DNA of 64,000 nt from Cyanidioschyzon merolae (taxonomy: Eukaryota): assembly GCA_000091205.1 (NCBI GenBank), contig AP006499.2; one strand, 5' to 3'. Shown one piece after another: positions 11,214 through 21,791 of the stretch. Every line of letters starts with the position of its first letter. Position 1 is the first letter of the stretch. A program made the translations under genes and the position numbers. The notes under the pieces were generated by a model that was not told the DNA's origin, ran no database searches, and was given only the letters and a program-made list of their open reading frames with translations.

Positions 11214-12204
11214 AACGGCTGGAGCCGTCTGGGCACACGTACTGTCCAGAACCTGTGCACCGGGAATAGTCCCTATGATGAAAAATTCCTATTTTACTCG
11301 GAACGTAAAGCACGGCGCGAATCGCTTTCGCCTTGAGCCGCCGACGCATCCGCGCGCCGTATTTTTTGACTGCGGCCGCATTTGAGTCTGGCGTCTTGTC
11401 CATGCGTTGTGAGCGCGCGATAACGTGCAGGAGAAACGAGTAGTTCCAGAAGGTGCACCAGACACCATTCGGGTCGTAGGCCGATCTCCAAACGGCTTTT
11501 TGCGAGACGCACCTGTGAAGATGGAGGCTGTCGAGAGCGCGCGCCCTGCTCCGCACTGTACCAAATTCCGGGGACGATCGCGTTCGAGCGCGGGAGCAGC
11601 GCCTCCCGTAAGCAATACGGACCCCATCAAGGCAACCGCCGGGGCTGCGATGCGCGCTACCCCTGCGGGTGATGGCTCCTGAACGTGCACCATCACAGCT
11701 GGGCGTACCAGCGAGCGAACAAAGCGCATCAGCGAGCAGAGCACATGATCGTATGGAACATCGGCATCGGGGGAGCTTTTACTCGTATACGCTGTAGCAT
11801 CAAACGAATACTTAAACCCACATATACCAAGCATACCTACAAACCCGACGATTGTTTGCCCCTAACCGCACAAGCGGATGCATCGCAGCGGCGGCGGCGG
11901 CGGCGGCCGGGGCCGCTCCATATTTCTCCAGCAGGGATCCGATCGTTGACGCATCAAGCGGGTATCCCGGGATGGCGCGATCGCTGCCAGCCTCTGGAAT
12001 GCGGCTCCAGTCGGGACGGGGCGGGACCAGCCGGGCGTGCCCGCTGGTGTGGCATTCTCGACGCATGCCCAGTCGATGCTCCTCGGCGGCGCGTAAAATC
12101 GGCATCACCACCCGTCCGTGCGAACGTGCTGTGCGCATGCAAGAACGATGAGCTGCAGCGCTCTCGCAGACAGCGTCAGGCGACGTCGAGTTCGAGTGTG
12201 TGGG

Positions 12205-12293
12205 TTTTTTTTCATTGAGAAAACGTTTACTTTGGCCAGCGTTCGCCGATCATGCGCATTGTTCTTTTCTTACCTTTTTTTCTCTTTTTTTCC
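12205..12293. repeat. Copy of ~85-bp T-run-bounded dispersed element (paralog of 40431-40512)
   Basis: About 90% identity to 40431-40512 over 'ttttttttcattga.aaaacgtttac..ggccagcgttc.ccgat.atgcgcatt.ttcttttcttac.ttttttt'. Near-identical 20-nt direct repeats 'tcgag.tcgagtgtgtggg' sit at 12187-12206 and 12485-12504. Confidence 0.6.
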
Positions 12294-12512
12294 AGTGCGC
12301 GGTAATGTATCTATCAACCCCCCACTCCCAAGTTACATTACCTGCACTTCTTCTCGGATATTCTGGTCGTTTCGTACGTCCAATCGTGTGCCTAGTGCCT
12401 GCCGAACGCGACAGCAATAGCGCCTATAGCGCCGGTACGGTCGCTGCACGGAGACAGAACGGCGTTGCTGTACCACACAAAGGGCGCCGGCTCGAGGTCG
12501 AGTGTGTGGGTG

Positions 12513-12533
12513 AGCGCGCGCGCGCGCGCGCGC
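12513..12533. repeat. (GC)n dinucleotide microsatellite (~10 units)
   Basis: 'gcgcgcgcgcgcgcgcgcgcg'. Confidence 0.9.
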
Positions 12534-12842
12534 GTGATCAGAGCGAGGCACACCGCACGCACACCTAGAGTCGCTGTCCATGCGCCACGTGTGCATGAAC
12601 CCCGCGCACCGGTCCAAAACGGAGCGTGCGCCGTACCACCCCGGTGATCCAGGCGCGCCAAACTGGGACTAGGCGCGGCATCGCGACGAGCCTCTCGCAG
12701 AGCGCCCGTTAGCGACGTCCCGCACCGGCGCCGCCCAGTCGAGAACGAATGCCGCCCCCCGGTGATGCCAGACGCGCGCGAATGTTCGCCACTGTCGGAA
12801 TGCTTCCTGTTGCTGCGTGCTGGAGCAATACCTCGGACGGGA

Positions 12843-13403
12843 ATGAAGCATTTTTCGTGTGTTTGGAGTTTCATGTTTATGGTTGCCTGCTGGGCGAGCA
12901 TATGCTTTGCCGGCGGTGCAGCCGAGCCGTCGCTGCGATCGGCGCGAGTAACGAACGCGTTTACGCTGCCTGTCGAGGTGCGCGTGACCTACGGGCGCTA
13001 CAGTGCCAGCGCACAGAACGCCAGTCGACAACTGACAAGTGCAACTGTCGTTTTTCCAGGTGACTCTGCTGTTTTTGGAGAGGTTTTCGTACAACTCAGA
13101 GAACCCGCTGTTGTCGGCGCACTGACCGGTACGGGCTCGTCTTCGTGCGTGCAGGTCACGCTACCGATCGATTCCGTGCTAGCGTGTGCGTTTCCGAGCA
13201 ACGACACCAACATACCATACACTTATCCCGATAGTTGTGCATCGGCCAGTGCGCCGTACGGGGCTGAGAACCAGAAGAGAGGCAACTTTTTGGTATTGCC
13301 TGCAACCGCGGGCGGCTCGTCAGGGTCAGCACCTGTTTCGGTGGCGTACGCTGGTGGCGAGCCCGCCGCCAGTGCGCTGATTTCCGAAACCTGTAGCGTA
13401 TAG
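12843..13403 (+). CDS. Putative small secreted Cys-containing protein (signal peptide; no known domain)
   Basis: 'MKHFSCVWSFMFMVACWASICFAGG' is a hydrophobic N-terminal signal-like segment. The mature part is Ser/Ala-rich with 5 Cys. Confidence 0.3.
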   Translation: MKHFSCVWSFMFMVACWASICFAGGAAEPSLRSARVTNAFTLPVEVRVTYGRYSASAQNASRQLTSATVVFPGDSAVFGEVFVQLREPAVVGALTGTGSSSCVQVTLPIDSVLACAFPSNDTNIPYTYPDSCASASAPYGAENQKRGNFLVLPATAGGSSGSAPVSVAYAGGEPAASALISETCSV

Positions 13404-13819
13404 AGAGGTTGTATAGGATTCTAGCATAGGATATAAGTAGCGGAAATAGGTTTGAATGCCGTGAAAGTTGATCGGCTTTCTAGAGAGAACTGGCGATCGC
13501 CTTGATGTTGCACGCAACGATGCCTGACCCAGAGCGCGCTCGCAGGCGCACCAAATCGTCGATTCCTCGGCACGAATACAAACGGGATGCTCAATGTTTC
13601 CGTAAAGATACGGAATACCGACGTTATGCGCACCGTCGCGGATCCACTGTGGACACAAGCGCGATGCATTTCTCGTGCGTTCGTTATCCTTATACGCATG
13701 CACCAGTAGTATCGGCAGTGTCTTGGTGCTGCTCCCGCGGTGTCCAGGCGTGCGCATCGCCTAAACACTGAGTCCATTGTGGCGGCACCTGACGTACAAG
13801 AGAGAGAGTTGTCGCCCAC
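13326..13819 (-). pseudogene. Degenerate fragment of TnpB/Fanzor-like gene (N-terminal region paralog, copy D)
   Basis: Minus-strand translation 'LLVHAYKDNERTRNASRL...GIPYLYGNIEHPVCI' aligns with copy-1 '[18 protein letters not shown]...[15 protein letters not shown]'. The local region is AT-richer than its flanks. Confidence 0.35.
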
Positions 13820-14101
13820 TCCGGATACCGGTAGTATACGTGCACGCAGTAATTTCTAATGCGAGTCGTCGACCTCACATCGTCTATGACTCCATAGGTT
13901 CACGAGATTGACTGACGATCTGTTGTAAAAGGGAACCCCGAATCTGGGATTTTACAAGCACCCGTACAGCAACGCCGGCCTTGGCCACGATCGGTGCCGG
14001 TCGTATATGCGCTCGCTGCAACATCGAATTCGAGTCATCGCTTCCGTACCGTCCATGAGCTCGAGACGCCACCAGTGCCGGCGATATCCCCATACGTGCG
14101 C

Positions 14102-15550
14102 TCACAAGGCGATATGTGCCTGGGGCTTTCCAGCCGGCGGCTCAGCGGCGGACGTCCGCGAATCCGGGATGCTTCCCGTATTCCAGTCACGAAGGAGCGT
14201 TCTCCGTATAATTCCTGCTAAATGGAGCGATCCGATACAAACCACACTGTGCGGTTTTTCTGGACCAGCTGCCGTCGCAGCAAGCTCAACCGCACGGCGA
14301 AGCGCTTCTTCTGGAAGTGCCACTTTGAACACCGGCGTCTGAGACACCGCTGCAGCGTGATTGGCAACAACGCGATGCGCCCGCTCGTGCAGCTCATCAG
14401 CCGGCATGTACGATGGGTCATCACCGACCCGAGTGCAGATGATCGCACGCGGTGCGAAGCGCATCAAGGCCTCGGTAAACTCCTCAACTCGCTTGTCGCG
14501 GCCCATGGCTAAGACGATCCACGCTCCGCAAGGGAGGCGTTGTACGGTTTCAGGAATATGGGCCCCATCGACGAGCACGTTCACCGATAGCGTTCCGCGA
14601 TGGAGCGCAAACCACTCCATGCGTCCGGGAAGCATCTGCTTCATCTGCGGTTGAAGCAGCGACCAATCCGGTGGCTCGCACTGAAGCCAACCATACCGTG
14701 CTGCGAGCTCTTTTATTGCGCGCTCCGCCATCAACTGGTTGCGCTCTTCCCAGGAAGCCGCGTCTACGAAGACAACGGAGCGAGGAGCCGGCGGTGACAA
14801 CTGCTCCACCGTCTCCCGAATGACTTGCCGCAGCTCCGGTTGATGGACGCCCGAGATCAGTATACAACTCGGCCGCCATGCAATACCTGCCTTTTCACGA
14901 GCTATATCGGCTAGACCTGGCCCGATGATCTCCGCATGCTCCAGGGCAACGCTCGTGAGCAGACAGACCTCAGCTCCGAGAACGTTCGTGGAGTCCTTGG
15001 CGCCGCCCATGCCGCACTCGATGACAGCGTACTCGACACCAGCCGTTTTCATTGCTAGGAATCCGGCCGCCGTCATAACGTCAAACCAGGTAGGACGCTC
15101 GACCACCGGTACGCCGTCTTGCAGGAATGGATCAGCCGCAGCAAGGGCGCTCTCGAGGGCGTCTGCGAGCGCTTCGTCTTCGATGCACGCACCCTGCAGC
15201 CTGACTCGCTCTTGGATGCGCTCTACATGTGGTGAGGTATATGTTCCGACTCGGAATCCTTTTTGTTTGACCAGATACGCCGTGAGCATAGCCGCTAGGG
15301 TCCCTTTGCCCTTTGTCCCGGCAATATGAACGGCGCGATAGCAGTGCTGCGGACTTCCAAGCGCGTCCAGCAAACGCTTCGCAGGCTTCACGTCTACACG
15401 CATCTCCCGCTGCCGTTGACCCGTGTTCGCTCTTTGCAACCGTTCCCAGTTCACAAGTTCATCTAAGCGAGTCAGCAACTGTCGCAGACGCTGTGAGACG
15501 GTACCGTCAACGCCACGAGTAAAGACACCGCTGGCAGTGCGCCAAGCCAT
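14102..15550 (-). CDS. FPGS: Folylpolyglutamate synthase / dihydrofolate synthase (Mur-ligase family)
   Basis: P-loop 'HIAGTKGKGTLAAML', 'GTYTSPHVERIQERV', and Mur ligase middle/C domains. Confidence 0.8.
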   Translation of the reverse strand: MAWRTASGVFTRGVDGTVSQRLRQLLTRLDELVNWERLQRANTGQRQREMRVDVKPAKRLLDALGSPQHCYRAVHIAGTKGKGTLAAMLTAYLVKQKGFRVGTYTSPHVERIQERVRLQGACIEDEALADALESALAAADPFLQDGVPVVERPTWFDVMTAAGFLAMKTAGVEYAVIECGMGGAKDSTNVLGAEVCLLTSVALEHAEIIGPGLADIAREKAGIAWRPSCILISGVHQPELRQVIRETVEQLSPPAPRSVVFVDAASWEERNQLMAERAIKELAARYGWLQCEPPDWSLLQPQMKQMLPGRMEWFALHRGTLSVNVLVDGAHIPETVQRLPCGAWIVLAMGRDKRVEEFTEALMRFAPRAIICTRVGDDPSYMPADELHERAHRVVANHAAAVSQTPVFKVALPEEALRRAVELAATAAGPEKPHSVVCIGSLHLAGIIRRTLLRDWNTGSIPDSRTSAAEPPAGKPQAHIAL

Positions 15551-15699
15551 GGCTTTGTTGAGGCAAGTTAGCAGGTCGATTAACGCTGAGATTTTACTGG
15601 AGGTGAGCAGACACTATTGTCGCGTGGCGAAGGCACTACATAACGGTACGCACTAGCAACAGCAACAGCAGAAACTGCAAGGTGAAGACTGTTCCAAGG

Positions 15700-17259
15700 T
15701 CAGCGCGAACTTTTCGGGTGATAAGGGCGGCGCGAGGACGGCGGCGGTGGCGGCGGTAGTACCGGTACCCTCGCCGCTTGCGTCAGGTCCTGCATCCGAT
15801 CCTCATCTGTCGAGTTGTCTTCGGATGCCGCAGAGGAAATACTATACTCCATGTCAGAGGCGGATGACGCGCGAACTTGGGCCGACGACTCCACCAGAAT
15901 ACCGTCACGATCGACCGGAACATTACAGGCCTCGGTGTCCGACTTCCGCTTGTCCGTCCATGGCAACGGGCTCGTGAACCGGCTCAGCTCGGGATCAGTG
16001 CGGGCGAGATCCATCAGAGAAGACGAGCCCTGCTCGGTAATGGTGGCGGGAGCGATGTCAGGCGACACGCGTGGCGTCAGCACAGCGCTTCGATGACGTG
16101 GGCTTGCGACCTCGGGACTGAGAGGCTGTTGGGTATGTTTCCCGGAAGACAAGTGCTCCGCGGCGAACTCACCGTCGACTTCGGTACGCTCCTGGCCTTC
16201 GCAAAGTCCTGGATGCCCGCGCTCTCCATATGGCGGCTGCTTTGGGCGTCCCGGGATGCCAAGCTGCCCCTGCGCTGCAGTTGGACCCGATGCCAGATCG
16301 GCATCTACACTGGAGCGCGCGCTCTTGACCCCTGTACCATAAGGGGTCTCATCGGAAACAGACCAGCTGGGCGGCTCTATTGGACGTTGTTGCTGTGCAT
16401 TGAGTCGGAGTCTTGTGGAGAGCATTTGCCAGGCGACACGGGCGTCATCGCATGCTCGCAGCACCCAGTGGTGCAGCTTGGATAGCGTCGTCACTGCCGT
16501 GTACATTCCGCCCGCAAGTTGGCGGAGCGCAAGCAATCGCTCATTTTTCACATCGTAGACAACACGGAGACGAGCATGGCAAGCGTTTTCCTCCGCCTGC
16601 GTGGGGTCCAGCACGCAGCATGTCTCTTGAGAGCCTCGATGCTCATCGAAAAACAGAGCATACTCCAGGATCACAGGGTATACTTGCAGCTGCAGCGGGA
16701 CTGGCGGCCGCTCCCTCGGACTGAATAGTCGAACCCGTTCATCGCCATACCCGTGCCGCTCGATGGTAAAGTCTGGACGGCGAAAACGTTGTAGCGAACC
16801 GAGCGCAGCCAGTGACGCGTAAAAGAGCCCGCTACCATCCAGACTTTCGACACAGACTTGCACGGTAACCTGGAACGCGTATTTGCCGGCAACTATGCAG
16901 AGCGACTCGGGGTCAATACATCGAGACTCACGAAGGATGCGCTCTAGAAACACAGCCTCCTCTGAGAAGCTAACAGCGTCGCTTTGTTCGAGCAGCGTTC
17001 GCTCTGAGGCACCCGGCGAGATTCCGTAGACGACGCGGATCCATCCTTCGGTGGGTCGGTGCGGCGGCGGTGCAACCACTCGACAGGTTGTGGTTGCAAA
17101 CGTGATCGCACTCGAGCCGGCGAACACGAGGACGCCGCTCTCGCCTACAAGCTGGAAACGAAGGCGCCGGGCCTCTTCGGGTCGGCGACCATCAACGCGG
17201 AGCGGCAGACTCTGTAGAACGAACAGGAGCTCGTTGCTCGAATAGGGCTCATCTCGCAT
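15700..17259 (-). CDS. RRP45: Exosome complex component RRP45 (EXOSC9), RNase PH-like with C-terminal extension
   Basis: 'RVDGRRPEEARRLRF', and 'LERILRESRCIDPESLCIVAGKYAFQVTVQV...LQRFRRPDFTI...ERPPVPLQL' closely paralleling EXOSC9 'LERCLRNSKCIDTESLCVVAGEKVWQIRV...FRRPDV...ERDPVPLSI'. Confidence 0.8.
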   Translation of the reverse strand: MRDEPYSSNELLFVLQSLPLRVDGRRPEEARRLRFQLVGESGVLVFAGSSAITFATTTCRVVAPPPHRPTEGWIRVVYGISPGASERTLLEQSDAVSFSEEAVFLERILRESRCIDPESLCIVAGKYAFQVTVQVCVESLDGSGLFYASLAALGSLQRFRRPDFTIERHGYGDERVRLFSPRERPPVPLQLQVYPVILEYALFFDEHRGSQETCCVLDPTQAEENACHARLRVVYDVKNERLLALRQLAGGMYTAVTTLSKLHHWVLRACDDARVAWQMLSTRLRLNAQQQRPIEPPSWSVSDETPYGTGVKSARSSVDADLASGPTAAQGQLGIPGRPKQPPYGERGHPGLCEGQERTEVDGEFAAEHLSSGKHTQQPLSPEVASPRHRSAVLTPRVSPDIAPATITEQGSSSLMDLARTDPELSRFTSPLPWTDKRKSDTEACNVPVDRDGILVESSAQVRASSASDMEYSISSAASEDNSTDEDRMQDLTQAARVPVLPPPPPPSSRRPYHPKSSR

Positions 17260-17829
17260 AGAGTACGCTTTCTTCCGAAAGTGTTGGAAACGGGGTCAGC
17301 ACCCCGTCAGACCAGGTGTCCGTCGACTCGTCGGAATCTTGAATGCTGCTGCGCTGCGCTGCTCGACGACGGGGTAGACGCCCAAGCTCTGCAAGGCATT
17401 TGTAAAAGGCGTGCTCAAACGTACTGAGACAGTCGTTTCATCCCAGTTTCCCCTGTGTGACTGTATCAGAATCTAATTCTCGTTATATACGAGACCTAGG
17501 ATACCACATCCTCCATTTTGCATCAAGACACATCGGTCTCGAAGGATGGTGTGGTGTTTTTTGTCACTGAGCTGTGATGTTTGTGTTCCGTCTTACGACA
17601 AAACGGGGCAAGTCGCTGATTCGCTCTGATGCTGATCCTCAACTGCTCCGGATTGATGTGGCACTTGTTGTCATCGCGCTTCCCTTTGATGCCTGGGCTG
17701 GGAGCGTCTTCGACGAATCTAGCACTCTCGTAGCGCAACACATAGTGGATCCGAGATAAACACACGACCTGCTTTCTTTTTCTTTCGTTTCTTTATTGGT
17801 AATGACCCTCGTCGTCATCATTTCGTTCA

Positions 17830-20560
17830 AATTCGTGAGGCGACTTGCGCAACAAGAATACTCTGTCGACGCCCGGCATTCATAGCTATCCACCACATGC
17901 ACATTCCGCAATTCCCCGCACTACTGTTTGGTGGTTTCTTCCTGCACCGAACGTTGGACAAGAGCTCGGATGCTTGGCTCGCGCATCCCGGTCTCCGAAC
18001 CAGATGGCTGTATCTTGGCCACCTGGCACCAGCATGGGTTGCAGATCCCATGGATTGCATCCTGTTCGAATATGGGGCGGACGGCACCTCAGTCGCTCGT
18101 ACCCGGAACGAGCTCTGCGCTTTAGTCATTCAGGAAGAACGCTTAAATGCGCTCGCAGATACGTTTTGTAAGCCAAGTCCGTCGTCTCGCATCTGGTGAG
18201 ACGAGCAGTCACATGCTCTGTCTGTTGAATCTTGTTTTTTGCGTGTTCCTCGTGCTGTAAACGAGCCTCGCCTCGAGGCCGTATCTTCTGCTTCGGTCAA
18301 CGGCACGTATCTGACCCTGGGCTCGAGTACGCGACGGCGACCAGGTCCAGAATACCTGGCTCTTGGCCCACGAGTCTTTCGTAATTTTTCAGAGGCGGGA
18401 GGCTTTCTTCGTCTGCCATTTGCCCCGAGATATTCGGCGATGCGCTCAGTTGAAAGCTAGAACCGAACCCATCCGAGAGAAAATGGAAACTGAATGCACC
18501 GTTTCTGGTTTCGGCTGCTTAGATATTAAGGTTTTCGCGTTAAACCTTCCTCTTCATTTCCTCACTCGCTTTCCTTTCATTCTCAGCATGCCGTGGCGTC
18601 GTAGAATGCCCACGACACTCAAGTAAGTTAAAGGAACGTAACCAGTGATGAAGCCACGCTTTGTAGACAAGAGAGTGTACGTCGTGGGGCGTAGTGTACC
18701 TCTTCTGTCTTGTGCATCCTATTTTCGCCGGGAATTTGAAGCATTTACACACTTTTCTACCAATTCGTTTCACAGCGAAAGAGGCCAACGCTTCTTGGAA
18801 GAATGTCTCAGAGACATGCCTTGGGGAATGCATCTCTTCACGTCTTCCACGATCTCTGCCGCCAAGTTCAGCTTCGAATTACTTGTTCGGTCACTCGGAC
18901 GGAAGCGAACCTCGAGACTTTCGAACGATCCCGCGGGTACGACACAGGAAATCTCTTTTTCTCTCTCCCGAGGCTCTCTTTATTCATTTTCCATACTCCA
19001 GCTTGATCGAATCCTATCTAGGAACGACCACCCGTTTGTGGCCGCTCCGCTCGCCCGAGCTTCGGCCTTCTTGCATCCGCGTCCTCTCAGTGTCTGTTCG
19101 AAGCGAGATAAACGATCATGTGAACAGCGTCCGTCATCGCAAGCGAGAATCCCCAGAATGTGCAAGATCGCAAGGGCGTAGGGTTCCCTTCCCAGTCAGT
19201 TGCCTAAGGTAACTTTAAAACGGGAACGAGACACTTTATATTTCTTGGCGATGATGGTCTTGCAGGGAAGCAACCAGCTACATCTCGGTGAAGCGAACTT
19301 CCCCTTGGGTCACTCGCTCTCGTTCGTCATCCTCTCTCTCCCCAGCTCGAGTCAGACGGTACATTTTTTCTGTGCACCACAGGATGTGTTACACTGGTCC
19401 CAACAGCATAATGTCTTTCTTCACGTGGAAACATACCTTGAATCTCTAATTTATTCGAGAAAACCGAAGACTCGATACGTCATTTTGTTGCTCCAGAGGA
19501 GCTGAACCAGCTTTGCACAAGCGCTGGTGTATGGACGCTGCACTCGGTAACGACGAAATGGAACACACCTGGTCGCAGTGTTGCGATTTCTTTTCCGGGT
19601 TTTTTCAATTGTCCCGCCTTCTTATTCGAAACCCAGAAATAGGAACTTTCGGATTGACACGAACAATACGTATACATGGTTGTCGACTCGGAGAGGCCCC
19701 TTCGATTCGTAGCCATTGGAATTCCGTAGCTCCCGGGAATCACGATGATTCGCGACGCTCTCGAACAAGAATTCGTAAAATAACCTATACCATGATGCAA
19801 TGCATCCGTGCATGCCTCGAGTCATCTTGTATTTGCTAACATGCAGCATGTTCGAATAACGCATGCTTCATGTTTCGATCTTTGTGTCTCGAGGCAACTC
19901 GTCGGCGCTAGAATACGTGCCGCTGGATTGACGACACAAAAAAAAACGCGACATCGTTCATTGACGACTTGTTCGCAAGCTCGTGCTGAAAGTTTGCTGA
20001 GCAATCAAAGTCTAATAATCGATTCCATTCGATTGAAAAATCCTTCTCGGTTTACAATCATCGATGAAACGACATTCCACGTCATCTTGATATCTTGTAT
20101 GATGTATGGTTCCAGATGCTTCCGTCTTCGCATTTTGTACGGAAAACCGTCTTCGACTCGGACTTGAGTTGCCATGGCGATCGCTTCCGCTGGCGAGGTC
20201 GTCATTGCTCTGTATGATGCTTGTGGAACGGATCGAAAGATCTCTGTTTGATCGCCAACCTGGATTTTTCTTCCAGTACTTGTTTCATTGTGGACCAGAT
20301 CTCGTTCCACTAGCCCTCTATCGAATAGAACAGTGTACGCGTCACGGGTATCGCCCAGACGAAGCCCCTGGTTATAGAGTACGGCATCGAACGCGGAAGA
20401 GGAGGGCAGCATCAAGCCGATCCTCGTGCATTCGTCAAAGGAATGTACCAAGCGATAAAACAAGCGTTTACGCGCCACACGGCGACGCCGTGAGCAGGAG
20501 AAAGTGTACTAGACTCCTAGGAACATCTCACCACAGCCAGGTGTCACCAATACGAGGCGC
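17830..20560 (-). pseudogene. Degenerate TnpB/Fanzor-like copy 2 (multiple frameshifts/stops)
   Basis: Minus-strand ORF pieces are collinear with copy 1. 20005-20478 'FDAVLYNQGLRLGDTRD..LVERDLVHNETSTGRKIQVGDQTE..KMTWNVVSSMIVNREG' matches '[58 protein letters not shown]'. 19480-19800 'IIVIPGSYGIPMAT' matches RuvC-I '[14 protein letters not shown]'. 18540-18833 'QKRYTTPHDVH' matches '[10 protein letters not shown]'. Confidence 0.4.
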
Positions 20561-20912
20561 GCACGGAGGCTCGACATCACTTTGTTGAAAATGACAAGCA
20601 GAGCGTAGATCACAACTTCCATATGTGCAAGAGGTAGGTTGACAACAACCGCAAACAGCGAAATCTGGACTTGGACGCTACGATCAATATCTTTCGAACG
20701 TTGCCAACGGAGCTGTAGTGAACGATGAGACCAGCGTTTTGAAAGCTCGAGATATGAGAGAGCATTATGGGGAAAAGTCGATGAAAAAGCGAGTATTGGT
20801 TGCTGCTGATGACAGCGGAAATAGATCCAAAGTTGAGCATGTACTCCCGAGTTAGCAGAATGCACCTGTTCCATTTTTATATTAACATTGGCGTAGAATG
20901 GATCAGGTTCAT

Positions 20913-21791
20913 TCAAATTGCTCGATTGGGATCCTGACTGCGCGCAGAAGCTGCACTTTGTTCGCTGGTGAACGCCCTGCCAGAGGCTGGTTTCCGAGGC
21001 ACACCCCGCGTGGCCTCCGTCAGCCAGCCACCACCCGAGTCCTGGCCGTGACCGCTCGAAACCGCACTCGAGTTCATCGTTCGCCGTGAAGATGCGTCAG
21101 TGGTCGGCTCGATGTACTGCGCTGCGGGAGCCGAAACTCCACCCTTCTCCAGTCCGTCTGCCTGGTCGGTGTCCTCAGTGCCGGACGCTTGGCGTTTGCC
21201 CCAGAACCAGCCGCGCCCCGTTTTCGTGGACCCGGACGATGCTGATGCGGCCGCTGTGGTGTGCGTTGGGCCCGCATCCGCCGCAAACTCATGATTCTTG
21301 CCAAAGAAGACGTTGAGGAAACTGAAAGAGACGATGACGGCCCCAGATACAATTAGGAGCACTTTGCTCACGGTATCGCTGTCGCTAACACCAGCCGTGA
21401 TAGCCAGCGAACCGGTGAACATCTCGAACAAGCCACGTCCCCAGCGCCCTTTCAAGAACCCGAACGGGCGGAAAAAGAAACGAGGCCGACCGATTTCACC
21501 AAATATAATCAGCAAACCGAAAAACGCGACATACAGCATCACAATGAAGCCCAGCGGGTTGCGCAGCGCCTGTGCTGCTGTCGTGAAAAGCGTCACGAGC
21601 CCGAAAACTCCGGTGAAAACGAGAAAACCCCCCGAAACCACTGTGCACCACCGGAGCACTGTGCTTACCTTCCGCAGATCAGCCTCAAAGCAAATGCAGT
21701 TCTTCATCGAAACGAGCCCAAAACGTGCGATGAACGACGCCGACCGTGTACAGCAGTGGCGAACCGTACGCCCTGGACAGACCGTGTCCAA
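20913..21791 (-). CDS. Multi-pass membrane protein (possibly COPI-associated/TVP15-like); true start may be M at 21709
   Basis: Hydrophobic helices 'GGFLVFTGVFGLVTLFTTAAQ', 'GFIVMLYVAFFGLLIIFGEIG', 'LLIVSGAVIVSFSFLNVFF'. GC-rich like host genes. Lies directly between the two Fanzor-like copies. Confidence 0.35.
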   Translation of the reverse strand: MDTVCPGRTVRHCCTRSASFIARFGLVSMKNCICFEADLRKVSTVLRWCTVVSGGFLVFTGVFGLVTLFTTAAQALRNPLGFIVMLYVAFFGLLIIFGEIGRPRFFFRPFGFLKGRWGRGLFEMFTGSLAITAGVSDSDTVSKVLLIVSGAVIVSFSFLNVFFGKNHEFAADAGPTHTTAAASASSGSTKTGRGWFWGKRQASGTEDTDQADGLEKGGVSAPAAQYIEPTTDASSRRTMNSSAVSSGHGQDSGGGWLTEATRGVPRKPASGRAFTSEQSAASARSQDPNRAI

